From Gekko japonicus (taxonomy: Eukaryota), in NCBI RefSeq assembly GCF_001447785.1, contig NW_015166430.1, positions 261,595-325,594 on the forward strand: a stretch of 64,000 nucleotides of DNA, in the 5' to 3' direction. Every line of letters begins with the position of its first letter. The stretch's first letter is position 1. The notes beneath the pieces are model-generated. The model saw nothing but the letters and a program-made list of their open reading frames with translations, was not told the DNA's origin and ran no database searches. Shown in pieces: positions 38,235-50,841 of this stretch. Position numbers and translations under genes: made by a program.

Positions 38235-38371
38235 CTTTGGATCCAGTGAACAGCAGTTCATCAGTAGCATCCAGGCACAGAACAGGCTTGGTGTGACCTT
38301 CTGCCACAGAGATGCATTGCAGTGGGGCTGTGCGGGCACCCCTGGAACCTCCCACGGGATTAATGATGCCC
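38235..38371 (-). CDS. KIF21B: KIF21B exon, first WD40 repeat (RGIINPVGG...[21 protein letters not shown])
   Basis: gcaag|g acceptor, g|gtatgt donor. Confidence 0.95.
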
Positions 38372-40974
38372 CTTGCATGGGAGAAAGTGACAACGACTAA
38401 GGAGAAGCACTTCTGAAGCTGGAATAATCAGATTTCGTAAGAGAGACCTATCATGCACTGGGGAATTCACGCTGCTCAGGAGACATGGCCTGTTAGGAGC
38501 CCAACCCACAGCAAGCATTGGAAAAAGAAAGGCAGGCAGGCACATGCAACATCAGGCTGAAGAGCAGTTCACACCATTCTGGTCATAATCTTCAGCAATA
38601 TTAAAGAGAAGGTTTAATGAAATCTGATTTGGTTTTGCTCTGAAAGACTATGGGGGTTAAAGAGGGTATAACTATTTCAAATGACTCCTTGGCCCAATAA
38701 GAATATCACATCACCTCCTCCTGATACAAACTGATCTTAAGGAAAGTCATACAAAAGCCTTTGACAAGTGGGATCTCCTCTCCCTACCCTAGACATAGCT
38801 CCATCTTCAGTAGTGCATGCAATAAGGGGCACACGATGAAGCCAGTGGCTAACATGGAACTATTTCCTTCCAGGTCCATTCCCCCCCCCCCCCAGCAATA
38901 AGTAATACATTTTCTGTTTTGAATACAAAGCACAGAGAACAAAACAATTTGCCTAAAGGTCACACTGTAGTAAGAAAGAACTGGCATCATAAAAGCAGAA
39001 TGTCCAAAAGAATTTAAAAGGCATTTGGAGCCTAGGCATGATGAACCTTCAGCCTTTAATACTCAGTTGGCTGCTGGCTTTCAGCATATGACCCTAAGGG
39101 AAATGGCAAACCAACTGCACTCCTTCACGTCTGAGTCCACCAAGCAAACAACAATGAGACCTAGGTTTCCACTGGAAAATGCAAACAGTGTGGCTGAGAA
39201 GTCTCTTAAGGTTCATTGCAATGGGAGGAAGTGAAAGACAGACCACAGCATCTCAAAACAACTTCTGTGGGCTCCTATCAAATGCCAGCAAGAGGGGATT
39301 TCATCATCATTCCTCTGTGTGTGTCTGATGTGAATTTTACTGAATGTGCAGCACTGACCATGCAAATGCTCCTAAGCCCCATCAGCCTTTCAAAACACCA
39401 GCATCTCTTTGATCATGAATAGGGCTTACAAATTCTGCAGATTTTTGTGCCTGTCTGTTGAACACCAATCTTTGTGCCATCATATGCATATCCTCCACCA
39501 CTAGCTTGATTGAAGATGCATACAAGCACTTAAAAGTCAGAAGGGTCACTCTGATTGGAATGCTTTGCTTCAACAATGCCAGCTGAATGATGCCATTAGA
39601 AAGGGATTTAAATCAAGCAGCAAATAACGCTTAAGAAACAAAGCCCATTAGCAGTAAAATAAAGGACTGAAATATGTGAGTAATTACTCTTATGCAACAG
39701 CAGTGCAAACTGAGGGGTGAGGAGATAAGCATCTTTCAGCACCAGAAACTGTCTAGAAGAATGTTCTTCAGGAAACCTGCACAAGCCCAGACAATATGGG
39801 AATAGCAGCTGCTATCAGCACTTAATACAAAAAGGCCACCTACCATGCTCTGCCTTCTTCACAAATGATGCAAACTTCCTGGCTGTGCTTAACTGAATCT
39901 CATGGTGGGACAGAGCAAAAAACAATAGAAGCTCTCCCTGTATGCCTTTCCCCCCTTTGAATGACCTTTGTAAAATTTGAACTTTCTTTTACATTTGATC
40001 TATGCAGAAGAAGGGAAAGCCATTTCTATCCAGTACAGTACAGCTTTAGCACAGGACCCTGGGAACATAACTGTTGGTGCAGTCTATTATTCTGCACTCA
40101 CAACTTCCAAAGTTCTGATACCAGAATAGTCACAATACGAGTTTAGAATGCATTATCAAAACTAGAAAAATATTTATGCATTCAGTCTGTATAATAAGAA
40201 TAAGGATTAAAGAGGAGGATTGGACTTTTGGACTTAAATACTACATTGGGAAGGTGAACTTGTCCTGTGGGAGAGATCCAAAGGGCAGTGCAAGCAAGAC
40301 GGTGCATGGAAGAAGGCCTGGCAGAGACTCGGAAAGGTCAGGAAGCTACAAGTTGTGAAGAAGTTCTTGACCATCATGAAGCTGGAGCTGCCTGCACATT
40401 TTCCAATCCTTTCCTGTTGTTGTAAGGCCTAGAAACTGCTCATGATGCTAAAATACATGCCATCATTCAAAAGCTAGATTCATTCCAGCCATATTACCCC
40501 AGGGTTAGGAGCTGACAATATGCACAGGTACCAACCATTAAAATTGTTAGCTCCTAACCCTAAGTACTATTAAAGGTATGCAACAGCAGATGATGTGGCT
40601 GGCCCAGGTCAACCAATGTGCAACTTCTCTGTCCTGGGAAACAGGCTTCAGAGTGGTCGTGCTAACGTGGTACTTAACTGCATGATCTGCCCAAGCTATG
40701 TAGGCAGGGATTGCTGGCATTACCCTTGAGAAGTGTGGGAGCAACCACAGGGGGAAAAATAAGCACGTTGCGCCAGGTGGCCTATGGAGTGAGCCTGATG
40801 GAACATTCTATTATTCACCTGGGAAGACAAACTGGGTATTCAGCAAACAGGAGCGGCACAAAGAAAGAAACACCACACTGGGTTTGGTTGCATGCAGGTT
40901 TTCTATGCAGGGAAGGGGAAGAATAAGAAAGAGGAAGACAAGAAGAGTTACATAATAAATAGTAAGTTTTATAC

Positions 40975-41013
40975 CTCAGCACCTCCGAGACAGAGGAGTC
41001 ACTGTCATCTGAC
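40975..41013 (-). CDS. KIF21B: KIF21B 39-nt exon (KSDDSDSSVSEVL)
   Basis: cctag|g acceptor, ag|gtataa donor, phase 2-2; matches recalled SDDSDSSLSEVLR. Confidence 0.9.
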
Positions 41014-42948
41014 CTAGGGACAGAAAATTAGCAGGATTATGGGTAATTAAAACCAGGAGAAGGAAAGGGGGCAGCAAAGTCAGAAAAGGGGAAGGTGGTT
41101 ATTGCATCCAAGCTAGCAGGGCAGACAGGGGACGGCAGACCACAGACAGAAAGGGCTCAGGAGCAGAGGGGGCAGGAGCAGAAACCTTCTTGCACTAACC
41201 GTTTAATCACTTAGCAAGCTTATCTTCTCAGCCTTAAGGACCAGAAACTTGCTTTTTAAGAAACAAATGCAGAGTTTCTAGGGATTGTGAAGTCTGCATG
41301 TCATCCAAATTTTTTCTGCACTCTTGTGGAGAACCACAGACTATGCGCAAACCTGGGAATGCCTAGGCAGGGCTGCTGGGGAGCACTGGGTGGTCTGTTT
41401 CTAAGCAACATCTGTTGCAGCTACCATGCCTCCCTTACACAGTGAGATTGACATCCTGATACTTTTGCAGAAGACATGGTGGAGACTGCTCCTGCCAGGT
41501 GCTTTTAATACCATGCCAGTTTCCTTAAGCTCAAGGGGCCTTATGTTACAGACATCCGTTGTTTTCATCAAAGACGCAGCAACTATGCAACAGCTGTCTT
41601 ACTCAGGAGACAGTGTCAGAAAATGCTCAAGAAAAAGCAGACAAGCTGGTGTTTGGAAGGCAGGGTCCATGTGATCCTTTTTATCGACTGCTATCAGTCA
41701 CATGGATTACTTGCCCCAACTTGGATGCTATTAGAAAGTGGGGGTTTTCCTGCTTCCCCACAGCAAGCACCTCCCAGGTTTTCCCCATCCTTCCTGTGAT
41801 CTTTCCCAAACCTGATCTTCTGAGTACTACTCATATCCCCTAATTTTCTGTGCCCCAATTACCCATGGCCATTTCCCCTGTGACAGGGGGGCTTTAAAAA
41901 AATGTTGTAATGATCTTGAATATTCTATGAACCCTCAGCTTTATTTTTTTTTAAGGTAAGTCTCTAGGCCGTCTCATTGTGTGATATGCCTTTCCACTTG
42001 TACCTCTACACTGACAGGTGCTAGAGACTTACCTTTAAAAAAAACCCTGAAAACTGCAGGGAAATCTGCCATATGGAAGTCCTGCTGCTGCTGTTGTGCT
42101 GAATCGACAGCTACAGCAACAATGGGGAAACTGCACAAGCCCGTTCCCCTGTGGGAAATACCATGGTGTTAAGTAACTGGAGGGACTGAGCTGCTCACAG
42201 TTTTTCTACTTGATGTACTGGAAAAGGCAGACCAGCCTCCTACTGGGGCAGAAGGACCACCAGATAGTCTGCAGACAGGATCTCCCCACCTCTCTGTCAG
42301 TGAACCCTGTTTCTGATGTACTCAGAAAGAGGGGCAATAGGGAGGCTCCTGGTGTTTTTTAAGCTATGAGTTCTGATGAAGGTGACTGCCTTGGGAGGAG
42401 ACCGAAGTTCAGAAGCCTTTGTGGGATTGTGGCTTGCAATGCTAAGAACACTTTTCCAGGAAGAAACCCTCCTGAATAAAATGGGACTTACTTCTGAGCA
42501 GACTTGCTCAGGTTCTTTCCATTTTCCATGTATCCTTACATCTAAGTATATAAGATAGTGGCAAAGGCAAGCAGTTACCTCCAGGACAAATGCAGGTAAG
42601 TGCAATATTATACACTACCAAAAGCTGAGAAAACATGAAGTTTTAGTACTAGGTAGAAAGCAGGGTGTGATTGGAAGATATGTGGACCCATATGGTGCTG
42701 CTATAGTGGATCCAGTGCTTCCATCGGCACCTCAGTCACCAAATCGTGATGCCCTCCAGTATGGGCACAACCCTTTCTCCCTTCAATACCAGCCAACAGC
42801 AATAGCTGGAGTTCCTCCTGTGACCCATCATGCAAGCTGCTGCTGCTGCCAATAGCTGTCACCTGTAACTGCCAATTTCACCACTGATTTTTGCTGTTAT
42901 TTACTCTCGGATGATGCCATCTTCCCCTAGTCTCACAACTGGTCTTAC

Positions 42949-43062
42949 TTGTCCAGTGCTGAGCCCTGACTCTGGTTGCTGGTGAGGCGGGAGAAGACGT
43001 TGCGGTCATTGCGTGGCCTGCTGGGAGGAGATGAGGGGGGAGTGAATCCAACATCTGGTGTC
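42949..43062 (-). CDS. KIF21B: KIF21B exon ([38 protein letters not shown])
   Basis: cccag|g acceptor, aa|gtaaga donor. Confidence 0.95.
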
Positions 43063-43239
43063 CTGGGTGAGAAAGAAAAGATGCAAAGGGTTGCACTGAC
43101 GGCAGACTCATTCTGTCCCTGGACCTTCCAGTGCCCATACACTCCCAGTATCATCAAATCTTACAACATCAAGCAGTCCAGCCCTGCATCAACCGCAAAA
43201 ATGGAAGTCATGCTATCACGTGATCTTGCACACACTCAC

Positions 43240-43314
43240 CTGATGGGCTGGCCCCGGTCATAGGATTTCCTCCTTGTGAGGGGTGATGTGTCTGAGCCAC
43301 GGGACTGCCTAGGA
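43240..43314 (-). CDS. KIF21B: KIF21B exon ([25 protein letters not shown])
   Basis: tccag|t acceptor, ag|gtgagt donor. Confidence 0.94.
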
Positions 43315-43507
43315 CTGGAGGAAAAGTGTTAGTTTCCAGAGTTAGGCTTCCTTGTTATAACACTAGCCATATGGTTCTCAGAGCAGATGCCACTATTTTG
43401 CAGAGCACAGAGTCTCATCATAGATAAGTGTTGGAAATTCTCTGGAACCTAATTTGAATGAGAGAAAGCTCTACAGTTTCAAAAGGGAGGGTGTTTTTTT
43501 TTTGCTC

Positions 43508-43815
43508 TGAAAAGTACACAGACGGACGAATGATTTCAGCTTAGTGTACTTTATTAGATCAAGAACAAGACAAAGTAGCCGGTTCAAAGGCCGGCTTATA
43601 TCCCCGAAAATCCACCACCCAGAACACCCCCCCACTTCCCAATAGGTCCTAACTAGTGTCCAAGAGTCCCATAGGCTCTCGGCCCGGAGCCTAGCCCTCT
43701 GGTTGGTGCGGGCTAGGATCTGCATCGTCCTTTGTTCATCGGAGCAAAGCTCAACGCTTGCTCTTGACTGCATGGTGCCCAAGCTGTGCACGCGGTTGGA
43801 ATTTGATACATTACA
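43508..43815 (-). mobile_element. Solo LTR (308 bp)
   Basis: TG...CA ends; 5-bp TSD tgctc on both sides; TATA-like gatataag and AATAAA in order on the - strand. Confidence 0.85.
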
Positions 43816-44281
43816 TGCTCTGTACTGTTTTTTTCTCCCTCCAGAATCAGCTCCTCCCTTCTCTTCGACTTCACTGTTCTTCATTGAGTTAACTGCCACT
43901 TTTCTTCTTCCTCCTCTCTCTCATTATCACTGTGTGTCATACTGAAGTAAAGTTGATAAAGCCTCCTAAGCTTTAGCCAGGATGTTGTTTAAATGGCTTT
44001 GTAAATAGTTATTAAACATTGCTTTCTTGTGTGCTCTACAGAAATTTCTCCATGCTGGATTAATTCACAGACATTATTTATCTCTAAGTAGGTGGAATAT
44101 CTTGCACCTGGTGAGTGCTGGGTTATTACCCCGACAGGAGGATTTCTTTTTCCTCGCTGACAATACACACTTGTCTGAAAGTGCCTTCATATCGAAATCT
44201 CTTAGGAAGAAGGGTAGGGTAGAAACATTCCTCCTGCAGATGATGACTGCATTCCTTCTGCCCATGCAAAGTTTATCACAT

Positions 44282-44475
44282 GTTTATCTTGCCCACGGAG
44301 CTCAGAGTGGCACACATGATTCTCTGTTACTTCACTTTACCCATACACCAAGGCTGTGAGGTAAGATGGTTTAAGAGAGAGCGACTGGGCCAAGGTAATT
44401 CAGCTTCATGGCTGAGTGGGGGATTTGAACCCAGGACTGGCCACTATAACATCCTAAGCATTACACTGCACCGAT
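44282..44475 (-). mobile_element. Degenerate Squam3/MIR-like SINE
   Basis: ctgtgaggtaag...gactgggccaaggt...cttcatggctgagtggggatttgaacc-type core. Confidence 0.5.
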
Positions 44476-45400
44476 TCTCTCACTTAGGTAATCCCCTAAG
44501 TGAATTTAAAAATAGTACAGGCCCTTGGAAGATGGTACCAAGTGGTACTTGCTAAATATTTGAAGTGGCTCTCATTACCAGTCCTCGCATGTTACTGAAA
44601 GCATTATTTCAGCACTCCTGGTCTCCACACAGCAGCCAGCTTGGATGCTTTAGCCTGACTTTGTTCCTGCCAGTTCCCATGGCTGATGGTGACTAGTTCA
44701 TACAACTTTAGTTTCCACATTCACTGCCACATTAGAATCCTGAGGGGGAAAGGTCCCTTCTTGTACTCCCTACTATGCAGTAACCCACAAACATAGGAAG
44801 TTGACATTTGAGAGAGGCCTGTAGAAAACCTGGAGAGAATTATATTAGTTTGAGACATGATTTAAATACAGCACTTGCTGAAGCAGAAGGACTTACCCAG
44901 GGGAATTTGCACTCACACAGTGTCTTGTTTAAACTGGGCAGCTACCTGTGCAAAACAGCTACATGCAGCATGATGCATAGCTGCTTTGCATGGGTAGCAG
45001 CCCAGTTTAAAGGAGATGCTGTCTGAACTTAAAGACCCACAGGGGAGTGCTTTTCCCTCAGTCAACATCAGATTTAAATCAGGCGAGAGCCAATGAAGAA
45101 GGGCTTATGGAATCAGAAGTCACCTATTTTGCTCTGCTGCAATCAAGACTTTGCTAGCAAAGGAGGAAGTTGACTCTGGCCCCAGAACCATGCACCATTC
45201 TCTGTTGCCTCTATGCCTATAGCCTCTCCACTTCAAAATGAAGAGGCCATTTATCTGAGTGTCATGAGGATTACTCAAGTACTGTCTGCAGAAGTGGCAG
45301 TGAGATATAACTAAACAAAATAAAAGTACCGCATCTCAAACTTCTAGGTCAATGACCAGCTGCTCCCCAGTCAAACAGGGCCTACGCTACTATGACTTAC

Positions 45401-45606
45401 AAAGTACTCCCTCGAGTGGGCAGGCTGATAGTGCGAGAAACCTTCTCCTTGTAGTAAGCATCACGAATGGAAAAGCCAACTCCATCCTCTTTGATCTCCA
45501 TCAGAGATGCCAATGACTTGGTGATGTTCTTGGTGGAGATATCCAGCATGGGCCCCAGGCACTCTGCAGACACAGCCTTCATCTGGCCAGACAGCTTGGG
45601 CTCTCC
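45401..45606 (-). CDS. KIF21B: KIF21B exon ([19 protein letters not shown]...[11 protein letters not shown])
   Basis: tttag|gga acceptor, tt|gtaagt donor. Confidence 0.95.
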
Positions 45607-45731
45607 CTAAAACAAAGACCCAAGAGGCATGAGTCACCACAAAAAGCACACTAGCTAGCGGATGAATATCAAAGCGATTCCTAGGCTAGCAGTGCAGATG
45701 CTACCCAGAACTGGAAAACGAGCACTTCTTC

Positions 45732-46263
45732 GGCCCCGTTCACACGGAGAAGTTGCCGTGCTAAAGACACGAATGACAGGTGGATTTTTGGTGTGCGATC
45801 ACACCGCAATATCTGGGAAGCGTAGTGCACCCATGGCTTCCCGCCGAAGATGCGGAGTAAAAAACTACTGCAGAAAGTACACTAGTTTCCAGAAACTGCG
45901 GGGCAGGGGCGGGTGTCTGATCACGTTTCCGCTTGAATCCTGTGGCATCCGGTGCCTGTCCATGTCTTGTTGCAAACCAGATGGGGTTTTTTAGTCTCCA
46001 CAAGATGCGCACAAACACCCAACGGTGCATGCGCAAACATCGGTGGGGGGGGAATTCCCATTTGCCACGGAATTGCCTAGCGATTGCTGATGTGATCGTG
46101 CTGTGCCGTTTCTTTGCCATGCTTCAGGATAGCCATGTGATCGGCACCTGATGGCCTAACCACGGGAACTCGACGGGATGTGTGATCGGGCTGCCGCGCT
46201 TTACTTTGCTCCGGGGCAAACAGCCACGCTCCCCACCCCCCCGTTTTCCGGCCTGTGTGACCG
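45732..46263. mobile_element. CpG-rich MITE, subfamily A, right TIR partly deleted
   Basis: ggccccgttcacacgga start; colinear with the 36031 copy; ends tgtgtgaccg. Confidence 0.8.
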
Positions 46264-47208
46264 TCTTGGTCAGTTTTCTCTTTCTCAGACTGTAAAACTA
46301 GCTGCTGGGCAGTCTTCGTAAAACTAAATCACCTGCTCCAGTTCTGCATTTAGTATGGAAAACAAAAGAGCCCTAGTCATGTTGCATTGCCCCCATTCCA
46401 CTGGATTTCAAGTAGGCCCGTATAGGAGGTAATAATTTGGGTGGCTGCACTAAGGAGGCAGAGAAATGAGTGGAAAAGACACATCAGGGCTTTGTTTTAA
46501 TTTCATTTGTTGGATTTACCAGAGCAGGATAGTAATGGCAGTAACATCTGGATTTACAACACTACTACCTCTAGTGGCAAAATTCAGTATAAAGATTTTA
46601 TCTAGGCTCCAATAAAAACTGGGGGTGAAGTCAAAAAAAGTCAAAAGGCAGCCACTGAGGCTCCTCACTGGTCATAACTCCATGGCATAAGAATGGAGCT
46701 GGACCAGTTGGCTCAGATGGGCACTAAAAACAGTGGAGAAACCTCTGTCCTGAGCCTGAAAGGAAGAGGAAGGAGACAGATCGTGGATGGGCAATACTTT
46801 TGAAAGAAGGTCTTTCTTTCCCCCTTGGTTAAACTTCCTTGTGGAGGCACTCCTTTCTGCCTGCTTACATTGTATTTTGAATGGTGTCAGGAAATAAATG
46901 TCTTAAAAACAAATCTCATTGCACAAGTGCCTTCATCAAAATGCCCAACCTTGTGAGAATGGTGCCAATTGTTTATATAAACTAAACATGCTATGATGGA
47001 TACCTGCTTCTTCTCTTCTGTGAGGCAGATTTTCCTGCCAAAACACTGTTCCCCATTCTGACTGAGCAGCCTCTTAGTAGTGTATTTGAACTATATTATT
47101 ATTATTATTATTTATTATTTATTTGATTTCTATCCCGCCCTCCCGTTTCTGCCTGTTCCACTCTGTGTTAAAGAAGTTATTTGGCTTTTGCCCAGGCCAG
47201 AGATTTAT

Positions 47209-48876
47209 TGTAACTCAGCAGAAACCCTCTTATAAAACCCTTTGGAAATGGCACTTGACATGAAGTAAAGTTAAAACAAAAAGGGTGATTTTATTGAACA
47301 GGCACAATTGAATCAGGAATAGGCCAGGGGATGAGAAGTTGAGGTAACTGTTGTTGACAATACAGATTAGAATATTCTGAACAGGAAACAGAGTATAATT
47401 GAAGCTTATTTTCTTAGAGACTATATTCTTGACTGTGAGAGGTTTGTTTATCTTTGAGATTTCTTTCAGCAACAATGTGTCCTAATAAAGTTTCATAAAC
47501 CTATCTTAGTTTCCTGGAAGTTAGTGCTTTTTTCCTGTATTTGAGCAATTCCCTTCTGGGATTATAACTTTCCCTTTTTTACTCTTGAGGAGTTTAAAAC
47601 CGTTTCCCTTTTTACCAGGGGTCCCTTCTGAGTTGAACCTTCTGAATAACTGGGTAAGAAATACATTTCTCTTTCTAGGAGTGATAATCCTTTTCTGTTT
47701 GGCTAGACTGGCAGTTTCCAACCTCCTGTTCAGTCCCTTCTGTCAAACCTAAACCCCAGTTCTGGAGACTGTGAATAAACGGAATTCAGATAGGGCTGAC
47801 ACTAAGATAGGTTTATTTCAGATGGGCTGTTTAGTCCGCTTTCGGCACACTTCAGTAACGGATTTTATATTCACATTCACACACCCAACATCTGTGCACC
47901 GTCCCCAGCCGTCGCTTTCCGGCTCAAACCCCCTTTAAAATTGAGTATTTTGTTACCAGGTCCCCAAGTGGTGTTTTCCTGATTCTCCGGTTCTAGCCGC
48001 ACTTTTCTGACGTCTGATCGCTCCTGTGGTGTCGAGCCACTTCCGGTTTAAACCTTCTCCCCGCTCGAAAGCTGCCCGAGGCTTCCACTTTTTGCCCATT
48101 TTTTAAATGCGTTGGCAGTGTGTGCATAGGCGGAGCTCCGCCACCATGTTTAGAAAACCAACATTTGAACGGTCACTTGTTTTAGCGTGTAGATGAGTTT
48201 GGGATCTCACAGAGGCCATTTTCGGGTCAAACATTTAAACGGAAGTCTTTTGTTGGATGGGTTGGATTGATTTGCCTTGGTGGTTCTGTGCATGCGCCAT
48301 GATAGTTCCCGCCCTTCTATGGAGGGGCGCCTATGCACATGCGCAAACTGAGGGTGTGGGGAACCGCTGACGCACGCTCCCGCGCATCAGTAGTGTAGAT
48401 GCCAGGGAGCAACGTGACTGCGCAGTGAGGCGGGATAAGGGAGGTAAGTGTGATCGCAATTATCCAGATCAAATATAATCCGGTTACAACCGGAGCAGTT
48501 TAACCTGCTCTCAGCACGCCGTCTGACGCCCTTAGACTTTTAGTTCTGATTTTTGAACTTTCCCTCAATTGTGTTGGTACACAGTAAGGGCAAGGAGTTG
48601 TGTCCCTTCAGTTCTCAAGTGACTTGTCCGTTTCCCTCAGACCGACACACACACTTCTGAATGGCAACTGCCAAACCAAAGTCCAAACAAAGACTCACTC
48701 CCTCTGACAAGACTTTTCAAAGCTCTCCTCAGCTGGCACTGACCAGTCAGAGAGAAGGGGGGTGCACACAGGCAGCAGCTTGTCAATCAAAGTGCTTTAT
48801 TATTATCATTGACCCCTAATTTCCCAGCTCTCTGAATCTGAACCACTAAGCATCTTGATCTTTGGAGATCATCACA
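47209..48876. mobile_element. Composite insertion: probable LTR-like outer element containing an LTR-like piece and a CpG-rich DNA-transposon remnant
   Basis: TG...CA outer ends flanked by gatttat/gattcat; opposed AATAAA signals; CpG-rich block 47818-48531 with degenerate TIR ending gccc|tta. Confidence 0.4.
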
Positions 48877-48954
48877 GATTCATTCAGATCTGCAGCTCTT
48901 TGTAGCTATATCCTGTCTAAAACCACATTTGTCATATTGAGGCTTTCAACTTAC

Positions 48955-49012
48955 TCGGCACTTGAAGTCATCCTGACTGGCAGAGCCCTTCATGGAGAAA
49001 GACTGGGAAAAA
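48955..49012 (-). CDS. KIF21B: KIF21B exon (SFSQSFSMKGSASQDDFKCR)
   Basis: ctgcag|t acceptor, cga|gtaagt donor. Confidence 0.92.
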
Positions 49013-49318
49013 CTGCAGGAGAGACAAAAAGAGTATGGTGCACACAAATTTTGAGTAAGAAGTACAGTAAGAAGCCCAACTGCCACCTAATGATCCCTCC
49101 TAGTAAAGCCTTGGCCCCACATACCAGACAAGTCTTCTTCATTTCTATATGGGAATATCTTTAACTCCACATTCATCGGGGGGGGGGAGCCCATGAAAGA
49201 ACAAAACAGTGCTTAAACTGACTTATTTGGGCGCCTCTATTGATCAACAGGTTTAATTAATTTCTACCTTTTCATAGCCACTGCAGGACAGGGGAGATTG
49301 CCCAGGGGATGTACTTAC

Positions 49319-49379
49319 CTCCCTTCTGAGGCCATGCTGAATTCAGAGACTTCCTCATCTGTACTGGCATAGCCATTCT
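49319..49379 (-). CDS. KIF21B: KIF21B exon (ENGYASTDEEVSEFSMASEG)
   Basis: tgcag|ag acceptor, ag|gtaagt donor. Confidence 0.93.
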
Positions 49380-49469
49380 CTGCATAAAGCAAAAGACATG
49401 TTCAGATCATATCCACTGGCACATAGGCAGGGCCTTTGCCAACTAGGCACTTAGCACAGAGCATGGCCC

Positions 49470-49645
49470 CCACTGGCTTCACCTAGCTCAGTATTGTCTA
49501 TTCTGACTGCCAGCAGCTCTCCAGAGTTTCAGGCAGAGAAACTTTTTTACCAACACCTGTTACCTGAAATCCTTTAACTGGAGATGCTAACGACTGAACC
49601 TGTGATCCTTCAGCATGCAAGCCATAAGCTCTACCACTGAATCCC
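49470..49645 (-). mobile_element. tRNA-derived SINE fragment (different family, possibly Squam2-like)
   Basis: - strand head tcagtggtagagc...ggttcagtcgttagcatctccagttaaa. Confidence 0.5.
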
Positions 49646-49708
49646 ACCTTACAAGAAGCCAGTAACTCTTAATGGAAAGATGCTTTTAGGAGAGAATATT
49701 GCCATCAT

Positions 49709-50124
49709 CGGGGGTCATTTCCTGCAGGAGCGCACAGGTGCGGAGCTCTGGCAGTAAAGAGCCCAGGGGGCGGGCAGATGCAACAAGCCCCACCCCCTGC
49801 TCCCAGCAGCCCTCAGTCAGAGCAAGAAGCAGCCAGGTAAGCTGCAGAGCCCCCGCCCTGGCCCCCCAGTCCAAAACAGTCCAGTGGCACCTTTAAGACC
49901 AAGTTTTATTCAGGTACAAGCTCGCCCTCCTCTGTGAGGACAGATCTGCACGTTCCCCCCCCCAATAGCTAGCAATCCAAAACAGTCCAGTGGAGCCTGA
50001 GTGGTGGGTGTTGCCTTCTGACACACTTCCGGTGATGTCAGGGTGTGTGGCATATGCAAATAAGTTATGCTAATGAGTTATGCCAATGAGCTCCTGCACC
50101 TCTTTTTCTACGAAATGACCCCTG
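49709..50124. mobile_element. hAT MITE (same right end as the 37473 element)
   Basis: TIR cgggggtcattt / aaatgacccctg; perfect 8-bp TSD gccatcat. Confidence 0.85.
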
Positions 50125-50202
50125 GCCATCATCATGAGTGGATTGCTAAGTGGACATCTGATGCTACCCAGAGAGTAAAAGGGACTGAATCCACATTCCC
50201 AC

Positions 50203-50368
50203 CTTGTTGTACATTGTGGATGAGTGCCTGCAGCTCAGGATGGGATTCTGCCTTCTCCCGCAGAGCATCCAGGATATGGTGGTTCTGGGAGGAGCCAGTC
50301 ACATCTGTTTGTCTCAAGCGTCCTTCCAAAAGTCGTATCTGAGCCTCCTTCTGGGCCACCTGCAGGCT
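50203..50368 (-). CDS. KIF21B: KIF21B exon ([22 protein letters not shown]...[10 protein letters not shown])
   Basis: cacag|agc acceptor, g|gtggga donor. Confidence 0.95.
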
Positions 50369-50841
50369 CTGTGAGCAGAAAACAAAGGCCCTCAGTAAAG
50401 GTTTTCTAGATCTGGATAAGAAGTGGGGGGGATGGTTCTGGACTCAGCCTCTAAACCCAGTTTTGTGCTGAAGCATGCATGCACACTGCTCTGAAGACCA
50501 GGTTACTATTTTTGTAAATGGGGTTCTTTGCATATTCCCTTCCATGATACAGATAGGCTGGCTGCTCTTCAACCCTGATTAGTTTAGCCTTGAAATTTTA
50601 ATTTCTCAGTAAAGGTTATGGTTAGACAAGTGCACAGAATTTCCCGAGAGTTCTAGCCCAGATACAGAGGCTTTCTAATCCCTGAAGATATACCCCCATC
50701 CCAATATTAAGTTCAATAAACTTGTCAACAAACAACTATATCCTACTTTTGGTCTTTGAAAAGCCTGATCTGCGACTCAGTCATTAAGCTGTGACTAGCA
50801 GATCCCTTATCCAGACAAAGGGTTAGTTTTTGTTGGCCTAC

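Noticed and set aside
38372-38447. Possible extra exon or extended acceptor upstream of the first WD40 exon
   Set aside because: The nearer acceptor adds 25 nt (frameshift). The further one has a poor pyrimidine tract and no good donor.
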